Source: Trichodelitschia bisporula (lineage: Eukaryota). Taken from it: a stretch of 64,000 nucleotides of DNA. The notes below the pieces were generated by a model, which searched no databases, was not told where the DNA came from, and saw nothing but the letters and a program-made list of their open reading frames with translations. Of the stretch, positions 1-12,833 are shown in pieces. The DNA is taken from contig ML996692.1 of the NCBI GenBank assembly GCA_010356995.1, forward strand, positions 569,933 to 633,932, given 5' to 3'. Both the position numbers and the translations under genes were made by a program. Position 1 is the first letter of the stretch, and every line of letters begins with the position of its first letter.

Positions 1-1992
1 CATGGCGCGAGACGTAATCTTCCTCACTTAAAGAAAAGAATCCATCAAGATGGCATCATTCCTATGGTAGCTGATCTTCCAGCGTCATACCTCTGCAAAT
101 ATTGAGCTCTGATGCATATCGGCAACGAATCTCAATTGAGGACTGTCCTTGTTACGGTAACCGCTGGCTGTCAGCATGCGCAATGCTCGCAACGGCCCGT
201 GGATGGCAGTTCGGCGAATTCCCTGGCCTTGTCATTATTCGTCGGCACCCCAATCTTTCCATCCCCGCGCACGTGCGGTGCGACACCTATTTGGCTTCCA
301 GATACTGGACCACAACTGTGAGCTTAGGCTCCCGTTAGGTACCGGTACATCATTCGCGGCGTTCTGCGTCTGGGCCTCACGATCGGCGGACAAAGCATCA
401 CACGCACAGCGGTCGGGCAGCTCTACGCCTCCTCTGGTCTCCTGGAAAGTTGCTGATCAGGACATTGTGCGACTTCTCGTGCCAGAGTACATGGCCAGGC
501 GGGCCTGGAATGGCAGAGAATATGTACGTGTCACTTGTGACTTGCGAGCGGTAAAAGGTGGCGGGGCTTATTGGCCCGGTGGCCTGAGAAATCGTCGAAT
601 GCTTTGCGGTTTCGCCGTCGTTGTCTAGCCGCTCCAGCAAAGTGGAGCGCCGCCGCTAAGATACGGTAGGTGGGTGCTTGGCGGCGGGAAGCTTCTCATG
701 GTGAGGCGAGGAAGATTGGGATTGATGAAGTCGGGTAGGTCAGAAAAATAGTCCTCAATTGGGGGTGGGGGGGAGTCTGGACGTAAGCAAGGTGGAACGA
801 TTGAGCATTGTGGTTATATCCTCCGAAAGGGGGTTAGGAGCTGCGAGCGGATCGCTCACGAGCTTGATGATGATGTTGATATCTTTGGTGCGGAAGAAGG
901 GCCGAGGAAAGAGCGAGACTTCGCGCATTCGAATATGCAGCTATGATCTGGATAAGGAAGACGTTCCCATTTTCCGCTGGAAGGGATAAAGACCATCTCA
1001 TGTAAAGATGCCCTGAAATCGGGAATGTCGCGGTTTTTGGAGACTATTGACCGTCAAGAGCGCAGCTTGAGCTTAAGGACCGGGTGGTGCGCAATTTCAT
1101 GACTTTACCCCGGGTATGGAAGCGCAGAGTGGACAATGAGGCCCGACCGGGAGCCCCCCGCGCGGCAAGGTGGTAGCTCCTTTCGCAAAGTCACCAAAAT
1201 ATCCATTTATCTTCATGCTCTCGGCGGCGCATAGGCGCTTCGTTCACGTACACTGGCAAGGAAGGCGCCTGGAGGTGACTGGGATGTGTAATCGAGCGTC
1301 GCCAGATGGATGAGATCCTCGAGATTGGGAGACAATTCGCGCCTTTCTAACTATCCGCTCCTTTGACACCGGACTCGACAAGTTGGAGAGGAAGCGACGG
1401 GCGGCGGGGAGCCTAGAGGTAGAGACAGCAGGTTCGACGGGGCGGAGATAGAGTGGCGTCGAAGATGTGCTAACAGTCGACTTGCTAACAAGTCGCTTTT
1501 CCGTACGGCCACAGTGTTCTGCTAATTCCCCTCTTTTTAATAGCCACTTGGTGTATTGAAGCCGTGATCCGTCCTCGCCGAGTCCAAAATCTTCGAGCAC
1601 GGCTCCTCTGACTGCTCTCCACTATTCCCTGAATCCTGTCTCCAAGTGCGGAAAGAGGAGCAGAGGATAGCCGCCAGCCGCCATTCGCAGCGGGATCTTT
1701 CTGTCGGCAGAGGCGGGAAGCGACTAAACGAGGTTGCTGGACCGCTACAATGAGGTCCGGAACATGAGATGTTGCTCCTGGGCGCTAGGAGCGGAGTCCA
1801 TGGGATGGTACTGGTTAGGGACCTGCTTGCACTTAACCTCGCATTCAGTAAAAGCACTCGTCTCGTGCTGTTGGCGTGCTTTACGGCCTGGTAACATCCA
1901 CGACCCCGCATATGCCCATTCGTCCATCTGCCTTTGGCATCGAAGCAAAAAAATCCGCAACAAGGTAGTTTAGCAGCCAAGCTTCAATAGAA

Positions 1993-2029
1993 AAGCAGCA
2001 AAGCAGCAAAGCAGCAAAGCAGGCAAAGC
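1993..2029. repeat. Short tandem repeat (AAAGCAGC)~4
   Basis: aaagcagcaaagcagcaaagcagcaaagcaggcaaagc seen directly. Confidence 0.85.
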
Positions 2030-3132
2030 TGCTTGTCGTGCATTGTGCCGTGTCGACAACCCGGCATCCTCGAGACCCGCGGTCCTGGGCGACTGTATCT
2101 CGTCAACGGCCAATGGTTGACTGGGTTACGGACGGCCATCGCCGAGGCAGATGGAAGCCGCGCGCATACAGACGCCTCTCTCTACGGTAGTTGACTTTAT
2201 CACAAAATGCACTCTCTCTATTCTCCCTCTCCCTATGTGTTTCCCTTCTAGTTCTCTCAAAATCCAATGCTTCCTGCCCTTGATCACTTGTTATTTGGAC
2301 GGGGGAGTTTGTATTGGGAGGAGGAAATACCATTGAAGAAGAGGGAAGCCGCAAACGCGTCCAGGTCAGCCTGCCTGCAACTTTCACTTTCTCGTCCCGG
2401 CAATCTCACAACCCCTCACACTAAACCACCATCCCCCTCCGTCTTCCCGAAAGAGGTAGAGCCGTTGGTTCTTGGTGATCACTCATGATCCGGGGCGGCG
2501 GGTAAGTCTTTTGCGGGCGTTAACCGGTAAAGACGTAGCTCCCCACACTCTCGCTCATTATCACCTCACACTCCCACCCAAGATTTTTTACACTTGCGTA
2601 ACTATTTTTCTTACCATACCCTCCAATGCTTGCTCCGGCAGTGCTCGTGCTAAGCTCGTCCCTCCACCTCCAACCCCCCCTCCCACCTCCCATCCCCTTC
2701 CCTCCCCAGGCTCCCACACCCTCGACGCCAAAAAAGTGCTAGACTAATAGCGGATTCTGGCCAAACGGGGCTGCTTCGCCTTCTCTAATGCTCCAATGCC
2801 ACAGAGCCACCAATGTCTTCCTCACAGCTCGTTACCGTCAGAGTGGATGACCGCTCGAGGCCCTGGCATATATATTGCTTGCAAAATCCCCTCCGAAACC
2901 GCCAATTCTTCCTTGGATTCAATCTTCCTGTGCTGCTTTCTAGCGCTGGCGTGTGTGCACGTCTTTCACTCTCTCTGTCAGCTTCTTCAATTGTGTCAAT
3001 GAGCCAGCCTTCGCCGTGCTTACCCGTTCGCTGCCTTGCTTCATCCATTGCCCCATTCGTTTACCTACCCGTTTGGGTACTCTCCATCTGGGTGTGACTA
3101 CTAGGTAACTCGCTGGTTGCGTTCGGCGGTAA

Positions 3133-5292
3133 ATGATGGATCATTGGTACACTGTCTGGTTTGCCCTTTTGGCGTACGTTGGGAGCCTTTTTTTATTTTT
3201 CCCGTCCCGTCGTCCCGCTCGTCCCGCTCCCGCCCGTTTCCCGACCGTCAATCAATCAAGAGTCGAGCACGCGACTCGCGGAACGTTTATGGGTCATCTT
3301 TATGTTGACCACAGCCTCTCCATAAGGGTGGGGAACGGAGGTGGAACGGGGCGTATGGCGTTCTGGGAGCTGGCATTCAGGATCTCGGGCTAACTTTTGC
3401 TGCTGTAGGGCGTCAAAGTACCTTCGCCTTCTTGTCAATTGCTTTGCGTACTGGCGCTATAAACCCGACCAACCCCGGGATGATCCCCGGTACACGGCTG
3501 CCGATGTCACGGTAGTGATTCCGTCATTGGACGGGGATACTGATGCCTTGCGAGACACAATTTGCTCTGTGCTTCTGAACGACCCGCTCGAAATCAAAGT
3601 GGTCACCATCAACCGCAATCTTGACAAAGCCAAGCACTTGGCGGCCTCATTATCAAAAAAGATCAAAGTGTTGAGCATTGACCGAGCAAACAAGCGCCAT
3701 CAGATGTGTGAGGCGCTGCCTGAGGTGACTACTCCCATCACAATTTTTGCTGATGACGACGTCTACTGGCCGCCCACTCTGCTTCCCTGGATGCTTGCCC
3801 CTTTTGAAAGGGAGCGAGTTGGTGGAGTCGGCACAAACCAGCGACTTCGACGGGAGAAGCATCCCAATGTCTGGAACTTCTTAGGTGCCGCCTACCTCAT
3901 CCGGAGAAATTGGGACTGCACGGCATGTACCTATATGGACGGTGGCCTCCCCTGCCTCTCTGGAAGAACCGTCGCCTACCGCACCAAAATCCTTCAGGAT
4001 GAAGAATTCCAATACGGGTTCAAGCATGAGACGTGGAGATCCGGACAGCTTAATGCCGATGACGACAATTTCCTCACCCGCTGGATGGTCAATAAAGGCT
4101 GGGACACGCACATCCAGTTCCACCCTAAATGCGAAGTTCAAACTACGCTCGAGGACAACCCCAAGTACCTGAAGCAATGCCTGCGCTGGGCGCGGAGCAA
4201 CTGGCGCAGCAACTGGACGAGCATGTTTGTTGAATTTTCGGTTTGGAGGTACGTTCCCGCGTTTTAGCTTTGGCTCTGGCTCTCCGTTTCCCCATCAAAA
4301 TCTCCCCGCCAAAGGCGGTTCACTTTCCGCCATGAGGCCAGGCATATGACGAACTTCTATCTGTTTGCAAGACACGATCTATTCGCTAATCAATGCCACA
4401 TTTGGCCCACGTATAGGAGACACCCGTGGAGTACCTTTGCGGTGTTCCAGACCACTATTACGAGTTGGTCCATCGTGCTTGACACGCTATTGACGTGGCT
4501 GTTTTGGGAAGTTTCAGCTACCTGGCATCCCGAATGGTTCAAGTGGACGGCACGCAGCTTGTGTTACCTCTGGATTTTCTTGGGATGCAGAATTGTCAAA
4601 TACCTGGAACACTTTTGGCGGTACCCACAGGATCTCAAATACATCCTGTTGATACCTGCGTTTGGCTATTTTCACTCGTGCTTCATCAAGCTTTATGCCA
4701 TGCTCACAATGCACGTGGTAAGTCCTCTCTCATCCCTTTGGCACCTTACCGTGGAACAATTGCCGCCTACCTTTAATTCCTTTCCCCCTCAACCCTGGAT
4801 ATTTCTCCGCACCAGCCTGTAGCGCAGGCGCGGATGGCCTAGAGTGATGCATCCTAAGGCGGAAAGGTGCCGGCTTCATTCGAGTCACACACCTCTCTCA
4901 CTTTGCTTTGCGGAGACACTTGGCCTGTTACCATCTGGCGCATCCATCCCCGCATGAACAAGGGAGCATGCACAAGCTAATCTTGGCAGACTGCTTGGGG
5001 CAGCAGAGAAGGTGCCGACGCCAATGACAATGAAAGACTGGTTCTACCGCCGAAGTACAGTCATTCCACCGATCCTGCAGTCAAGAATTCCTTCAACATC
5101 CACGATCACGACCCACATGATGAGTCCGACGACGGTGACACAAATTCTCTTCCAGAATACACCGACGCTGGCTACGGGGCCGCCTCGGATGTTAGAGACG
5201 ACGATGGCCAAGACATTAACATTGATGAATGTTCGGCACTGCTCCCCAAGTACACTGTCAACCAGGAAGCTACCCAGGAGTCCCTAGATTAA
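3133..5292 (+). CDS. cps1: GT2 membrane polysaccharide synthase, Cps1/CpsA-like (hyaluronan-synthase-related); exons 3133-3173, 3409-4248, 4417-4717, 4990-5292
   Basis: GT-A motifs VTVVIPS, ANKRHQ, FADDDV, LSGRT, ADDDNFLTRW, QCLRWARS (QxxRW), C-terminal TM helices and TAWGSREGAD. All three GT..AG introns have GCTAAC/GCTAAT branch points and join in frame. Confidence 0.9.
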
Positions 5293-8200
5293 AAAGCGGT
5301 GCGCCTTTGTTTACTTCCGAACCATCTCCTTACGCTTCTCTTCGACTTGTTACCTGAATAGACGGGTTGTATCAAAAGTTCACGGCTCAGTTCCCGGAGA
5401 ATGATATCAAGAGGCGGACTAATACTTCGCTCACATGCGTCATGGTGTATGACCGGCTCCTTTGGACATGGGGATTTTTGCGTGCATGATCTACAAAAGT
5501 TTCTTCATATTGTTTCTGCTCCACTTTGTATTTGTTTTTGGGAGTGTTCCAGCAACATTGCTGGTGCCGCTAAAAAGGGCAAAAGGACATGGGTGGGAAC
5601 GGCGATGGGGGTCCCCGGCCTTGATGATGATGATGATGACGGACGGACATGCAAGCTTCCTGGGTCGTGTGCCGGGGTTGAGGGTTCCTCTGTGCTTTTT
5701 GGTTCATCGATCGTCCATCACGAAATGGATCAGTTCGCGAGCCCGGGGTTTTGGGAGTTGGGACTTGTTCTCTCTGGGCGGTTTGGTCTTAGTCAAACGA
5801 ACTCTCATATGATACCCCATTCCCGGCTTCTTTGGAATTTGGGCTGATGAAGCTACGGATTGCAGGGCGAGGGAGGGAAGCAAGTTCACTAGAATCCTTT
5901 TTTGGAAACATGCCTCTTTACCCACTGCTTGTCGCACTGAACAGGCCACTGATTTACCTTGCGTGTAGTGTGGAAAGGATCCATCTGCATTACGTGGGTA
6001 TATAGCAAGCCAACATCTCCCTCCATACGCGATGCATCCCAAAGGCGTCAGACAACGAGCATGTCTGGCGCTCACATTGTCACCAGCAACCAACGTGAGC
6101 ACGTGAACGAAAGTAAGGCGAGCAAGCCTGGCGCCATGATACACCTGGAAGTCGAATGAGAGGGTGATTTAAACTGCCACCGTTGGGAATTCAACACAGT
6201 CTTGTCGACGGTTCGAATATTGGATTGTAGAGTAGAGCCGCCGGAGTTCGGAGATTCAGGGAACAGAAGAGCAAAGCGACCATACCGAAAGAAAGAGCGG
6301 GGGCAGTAGTTTGCATAAAGGGCGTTGCAAGGCGTTCTTTGCACCGATGGTGGATGTTCGAAAGCCACGAGCGAGTTTGTCAGTTTGGAGTTGGCCAGGA
6401 CGGGGGTGGAGGGGTAAGGGTGGAAGGGCTGGCGAGGGCAAGGTGCATGCATGAATATTGTTGAGCCCTGAGGGTTTTCGGATGCACATGCCGATGCCAG
6501 GGGTCTGAGTATCTCGAAGACTGGCTTGTTCCTCTCTATCGCTTCTTCTTCCTCATCCTCATCCTCTATCCTCATCCTCCATCCTCATGCTCAACTCCAT
6601 CCTAATCCCGTTTCTTCTCACTCCCGCCAACCCCCTCCCTCTTACCCCCCTCCTCCGGCAAGTCCCACCGCGCCAGCTTCATTCGCGCACTTCACACCAT
6701 ATCCTCCACCTCGACGAGCCTTGACCTACCATGTATCCGTACTGTAACTTGCAGCACACGCCCGCACTCATCGCTCTTTGCTACTTCCATTACCTTCTAG
6801 TTCTGCTGCAGTACAGTGCGAGTCAAGAGATGGGGAACAGGATATCCATTCAATAGTACTGACCATCTACCGTAGCCACTCTTCATATAACGTTTCCGCT
6901 TCGACTCAGTATTGTGGTCAACGAAACGGCTTACCTTACACCAAGCCTGTATTCGTCCACCCAGCACCCTACCTGGTGTCGATGTTCGCTCATCTGTGCT
7001 AACCACACTTATTGAATCGCGCAGGCCGAAATGACGCATTTGCGAGGATTTCTGCTTCAGCTGCCCGCAAGCGTACAGAAAGCCTGAACGCAGACGGCGG
7101 CGCCTCAGCCTCGAGCTCACTTGATTCCCCCAACGCCGCCCTCCTCGTTCTCCGCTTGCTCTCGGCTGGCAGTTCCAGCCGCCGCCATGCATTGCGGTAC
7201 AGGGGAGATGAAGAGACAAATTAAGCCGGCACATGTGCGCTGCAAGCAGTTCTTGAAGCTGGGCGTTGGCGTGTAATCCATGATACTCGGCTATGTTCGA
7301 AGTGGGGAGCCGTCCAAGGCCAAAGGTTTGCCGTTCGAGCTAGAGGCGCGCATGTCCGTCATCACCCGCAATGCTGCCGTAATCTCCAGGCCACTATGGT
7401 ACATTGTTTGCGCCGTGCTGCACTGTCGCGCCTCGGTGAACTAAGACGGAATTGAAACCGTAGCCTTTGGCGAGACCCCTCCCGTACGCGACTGCTTCGG
7501 CATCGCTGACGAATAAGGTGGGGTACGTGACCAATACGCTATCACGGTGGCGCGCTTTTACGTCTTTCGGAACGCGGGACGGCGCGGATCGAAACCGGTA
7601 CGCACGAACGTAGTAGTACGCCTACGGTTGTACACTGTCCCAAAGGGGGAGCAGGGCCTATAACGTCAACTTCAATTGCTGAGCCGCATTACCTCCTGCC
7701 CCGCTGACTAGTGCGAAGGTGCAACCGTTGCGCATATATGCTGCTTATCGCGATGATCAGAACACTCCGAAGGCCTCGTCTCTTCCGCATCCAACATGAG
7801 CTATCTCTCGCTAACGGTCAGAGCGCGCCATTTTCCAAAGAGCATGAATAATTGGCTAACATCAAGCGCAGTGGAGCAACAGGCGGGGGAAGTGCACAGG
7901 GGGCTACTTCCGTAAAGCAAAGGCTAGAACTAGACCAAACCTGCAGGGCTTGAACAAGTGGCTGGTCAATTAGCGGCTTGGTCCTCCGATATCAGAGGAA
8001 ACGTCAAGCCGCCTCAATTCACAAGTCGGCCCATGACTGCCACCGTCGCCACGACCGCCACGATGCCTTGGACGTCCCACATGCAACATATCGCACACTT
8101 ACAACAACGTCCTATCCTGGAATTGTTAACCCGTCGCTTGCAAAGCTGACGGTTCGCGGCGGCAAGCGATGTATCCGTCCGATTTCGTCCAATGTTCCCG

Positions 8201-10148
8201 CAGAGTGGATAAACGCCGTGCATTCCTTCCGACGCCGTCAAAATCCATCATCCAGTTAAGACGACTCTGCCATAACGCCTCCCTGTCGTTGCTTGCCGGA
8301 CATGGCGCCGCGCAGGTGCAACAGCTGCAGAGCGCGTCTTCTGCTGCGACATCTTGCATTTGCAGCTGCAAGTCACTGCCAGCAGGCATTCCTTCGATCA
8401 TCGGCTTCTCCACGCCTATAGGCTTGCAATTTCGATGCTGCGCCGCGAATAAGGGATATTCGAAAGCTTTCATCTACGGACCTCGTGCTCATGCCCATGT
8501 CACTGCCTTCAGTCCAGCGTATTGGGAACCTCCATGGAGGGCGGAAGTCCAATAAGTCTCGAACCTCCCGCAAGCTCTTGATTGGTCTTTCGCTCTCCTT
8601 GGACTCCGAATCTCGATGACAGCGTAGTAGCAGGCGCCCTACCTGCTACTGTACAAGCCACTTTTTCAGGCGCGACATCCTTTGATTCCTGAAGCGAATG
8701 TGATCGTCTCAAATGGTCGTTTTCGCCAGTTGTCCTGTTGCATTAATCGCAGGGATGACTTAGGCACGAAATGCGCAGTGAATCAATACGTCCTTCTGTG
8801 ATACTTCCACGCGGTTGGGAGTCTCATTTTCAGGCGAAGCAAAGCAAATCGCTCCATGCTTCCCCTTATCACATCCTTCCTGCGGCAACCGCACTCGCAC
8901 TCATTGCTTGCGGACAATGGTCCAATCTTGGTACGGCAGGAAACAAGCTAGCTCACACTTGCCCTCCACATTGACAGAAGCTTGCTAATTGGCCTCTCAG
9001 TTCGCCCAGAGAAGCATCGCAAATTGCGGGGTGCAGGAACCGCCCCCACTTCGCACCTGCTTGAGCAAGAGTATAGACTCAATGCCAAAATGGTCTGATT
9101 GACGCTTTAGGGGACCTCAGGGTTGGCATTGCTCCTCATGCTGGCCACTCCAAACCTCCCCAAAGGCTTCGGCCACGAGAAGGCATCCGGTCCACTGTTG
9201 ATGGCGCATTAGCTTTTGAATCGCTGGCATCATTGGAGATTAGCAGTTGAATTCTCGCCGCTAACACATCCTACCGCGGCGATTCCGAATTTGGCACGGA
9301 TCAGTGAAATTGACCTTGCGCTTTTGGCATAGCTTCGTCATGCACGCAAGGCCACAGATCGTAAGAGCTCGTATCGCTCATGACGAATGCAGGCTAACTA
9401 TGCACACAAATCCATGTCCAAGCTTGGAGTTTAGCGGGGTAGCAAAATCCCGCGACGTCACGGACGTCACCTTACAGCATACGGTAGATTCTGCATATTC
9501 TCCACCCTGGCACAATCATTGCCAACCATCAGTCCTGAAGCATGAAAGAGCGGGGAGGAAAGACGGCGATACAGCACCTGCATATGACAAGTGACGTGGT
9601 GTAACTTTGGGCGCATGGACTGAGCTGATGAAGTTTGCGGGGCGGTGCTGGACCCCTGAAGGGTGAGGCACACTGATCACGATGCAGTCTGCGCGACCTT
9701 GTGGCACCCCCCGCTCTCAGCCCTATGACCCCGCACAATCGACGAGCGTGGCAGACTTCACTCTCCGCCAGTTATCAGCAGAGAGGGCCTTAGTCATTAG
9801 CTGACTGGCCTATACCACATGTACCGGCTGAACAATCTAAAGCGAGGCAGGATATCGATACCTTACCCTGGCACTCCGTCTCGACGTTCCCAACGAAATA
9901 GCTTGGGGAATACCCCATGAATGCGAATCCTTGAGGACGCTCGCGAATAGCATAAAGCTACTTCCGAGACGGGTGCTAATTCGATGGGAGAAGCAGGGGC
10001 CGGTGGATAGAAAAGCAACGATGAGCCCACCACATGGTTTAATGTGCCCGCATTTTCAGCACACTGCTGTGTGACTGTGATACGGGCAAATCAGAAACCT
10101 CAACTTCTCACTATGCCCCAACAAATTCGACTTTCGCCAATGCCCCAT

Positions 10149-11349
10149 CTAGCCGGATAGCCTCTCTTCAATGACCCGCACCTCCTGAAGCTCAGGGCTC
10201 CACTTGCTCCATTCCTCCTCTCCCCCTGGAAGGCCGTGGTCCTGCAGCGGTGGCCGACTGACGGAGTCAACCCCGATACTGAGGACGCGTCGAACGGCTT
10301 CTTTAATGCCGAGTACGCCCCATTGTACGACCAGCTTCTCCGCCCGGCTGACAGCGAGCTGACCGTCCCGCGCCGCAGCCAAAGGGCTCTCTGCCTCTTG
10401 TATCCATATTTTGGTCGTACGATTACTGTTTGTGTCTGCAGCCGTCCTGCTTCTGCCGCCAGAGTCCAGCAGCTCCTCGCACAACTCGAACAATCCGACA
10501 AGCGTCCGGGGGAATGCCGCAGCAAGGCCGTCGATAGCGCCGCCACAACCAACAGTCATGGCCGGAAGAAGCTGCTGACCTAGACCGGTGAAGGTGCGGA
10601 ACTTGGTGTGGTCTATGGACTTGCTCAAAGCGATGAGGGTATGGTCGTCGATAGAACCATGTGAAAGTTTGCAACCAACGATCTTCGGGTTATTGGCCAA
10701 CCGCTCCATGGTCTTGGGCGTCAAGGCGACATTGTTGGACACGCCCGGATAATGGTATCTGAGCCATTAGCTAGCCCCCAAGGCTGGAAGACAACCAGCT
10801 CGTCACGTACACCATAATCGGCAATGCGCTCTCCTCGGCCACTCCTTCGAACCATTCGACGAGTCCCTGCTGTGCGACCACGGGAGCAAAGTAACCAGGC
10901 GCCAGACACAGACCCCATTGCGCACCGGCATCTTTCGCTTCTTTGAGATGCTGTAGTGTCTCGGCCACACTTTGCGTCGCTGTCCCAGCAATGAGGGGAT
11001 AGTCGAGGAAACCGGCGGTATTGAGAGCGCTGCGCACGTTCTTGATGAGGTCGGTACGCTCCGTCGATGTTAGATGCACCGCTTCGCCTGTGCTGCCGAG
11101 TAGTACAAGGCCACAGATTCCAGCTCGGGCGAGATACACTGCATGGGTAGCCTGAGTGTTATGATCTAGCGTGGTTCCGGAAGGAGAGCTCTTGAACCAT
11201 GTTGGGACCTGAAACCAGTGTTAGGACGTGGATTATTATTGCATCAGTCTCGATGGATTATGATTTTTGAAGAGATTGGGTCGCGGCCATTGAGAATACT
11301 GACATACCGGGACGTATACTCCTCGCGGGGGAGGAGCGACTTCGCTCAT
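10149..11349 (-). CDS. LRA4: DHDPS/NAL-family aldolase, probable L-2-keto-3-deoxyrhamnonate aldolase; exons 11349-11308, 11208-10811, 10758-10149
   Basis: The spliced protein reads MSEVAPPPRGVYVPVPTWFK...GLVLLGSTGE...VYHYPGVSNNV...VGCKLSHG (Schiff-base Lys)...TGLGQQLLP...SRAEKLVVQWGVLGIKEA. These blocks match the yeast LRA4 subfamily as I recall it, and the gene sits next to LRA2/LRA1. Confidence 0.85.
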
Positions 11350-11506
11350 GACGCGTAACCAACTTTTTTTTTATCTGTTTGCGTTGAGCAGTTGCTTGCA
11401 AAAACCGATGTCTGTTTGGTTGTTTTTATTCCCATCAGATGTCATTCGGTTTATAGGGATCCATCTGACGGGCAACTTTGAGCAGTTAATGCAGCTTTCA
11501 TCCCCT

Positions 11507-11523
11507 CGGGCGTACCTTCCCCG
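11507..11523. promoter_or_regulatory. CGG-N11-CCG Zn2Cys6 site (RhaR/Gal4-type) in the LRA4/LRA2 divergent promoter
   Basis: CGG gcgtaccttcc CCG lies midway between the two ATGs. CGG-X11-CCG is the reported RhaR target in Aspergillus nidulans. Confidence 0.65.
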
Positions 11524-11530
11524 AAGCCTA

Positions 11531-11548
11531 CCCCGCGGCCTGCCCCGC
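11531..11548. promoter_or_regulatory. Two CreA/Mig1-type carbon catabolite repression sites (SYGGRG on - strand)
   Basis: CCCCGC at 11531-11536 and 11543-11548, right beside the CGG-N11-CCG site. Confidence 0.5.
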
Positions 11549-11697
11549 GGCTATTGACATCATCCCTCGCGCCTTCTTCACACGATACACGAGCCTATAA
11601 TCCACACCAAGACGAAACACCTTTCTCTCAGCCGCTTAACATCCTCCCGCTGCGAGCCTTCGCATCCTCTCGTCAAGTCATCGCCAAAACTGCTCTA

Positions 11698-12833
11698 ATG
11701 CCTGTCCCCAGAGTGATTGACTCCCACATCCATCTCTGGCCTCCGTCTCCAACTCACCCTGAATACCCGCCCTGGATTCCCCCGTCCTCCAATCAGTCCT
11801 CCTACCCGCGCTCAATTGACGATTACACGCGCGCCACAAATCCCCATGGGATCTCTCCGGTCCGTACCGCTGTATATGTCGAAACCGACCGGCCGATAGG
11901 TTTGGGAGCGGACGTCACGGCTCTAGGAGAGTGGGCGGCTGGTCCACTGGCCGAAGCGCAGTTCATACGGGAGGTAGTGGAGACACAGAGGGAGAGTGAT
12001 GTTCCTATAAAGGGGCTGGTTTTATGGGCGCCTGTAGATCGTGGCGTGGAATCTTTTAAAGCATATGTTGAGCTCTTGAAGGGAAAGCTGGGAACGACTT
12101 TCGGGCTAGTGAAAGGGTGGCGGTTCTTGTTGCAGGGTCTAGAGATGGAGGAGCTTAAAAAGGTAGTTGAAGGAGAGGGGTTTGAAAAGGTTTTAGGAGA
12201 GTGTCGGGGGAGGTGGGCCTTTGATGTCGGAGTTGATGCGAGGGGGAAGGGGGTATGGCAGTTGGAGAGCGTGGTGGAAGTCGTTGAGCGGTTTAATCTG
12301 GGACATGATACAGGTGTTACATTTGTGCTGAGTACGTCTACCTGTTACGGTGGCTGGGAGGAGAGACTAATGGCGTAGACCACCTCTGCAAGCCAGACAT
12401 GATACAATCACCCACAACACCGAAGCAGAAGAGCGACTTCGAGCGCTGGAAGACGTGTATTACGCGATTTGCCAAAGTGAAAGCCGTCTACATGAAGCTC
12501 TCCGGTGCCTTTTCCGAGATGCCGGACCAGGATCCAGCGCGTCCGCAATGCGCAGAAGACATCATATACCATATGCGGCCATGGTTAGATCATGTCTTCG
12601 CTGCATTCGGCCCTGAGCGCATCATGTTCGGAAGTGACTGGCCAGTATGCAATATGCGTGGCCCCGGAGCGGACCGGTCGTGGCGGCACTGGAGGGACGT
12701 GGTAAAGCAGGCACTAGATGTCTATGGACTGTCTGACAAGGAGAAGGACAGGATTTGGTTTGGGACAGCTGACGAAGCATACCGACTTGGCCTCGAGCGC
12801 ACCGCGGAGGCATCACTGCAGGTTTACGAATAG
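11698..12833 (+). CDS. LRA2: Amidohydrolase_2-family L-rhamnono-gamma-lactonase; exons 11698-12331, 12379-12833
   Basis: IDSHIHLW (HxH), VYVETDR, VKGWRFLLQ, AFDVGVD, spliced NHLCKP, YMKLSGAFSE, RIMFGSDWPVC. Clustered with LRA1 and LRA4. Confidence 0.88.

Noticed and set aside
8545..8600. GGTTCGA (minus strand) as a tRNA T-loop
   Set aside because: The flanks do not form a T-stem or cloverleaf. The same applies to the other GTTCGA hits I inspected.
5400..10100. Numerous 60-170 aa ORFs between cps1 and LRA4
   Set aside because: They overlap on both strands, with no coherent exon structure or protein motifs.
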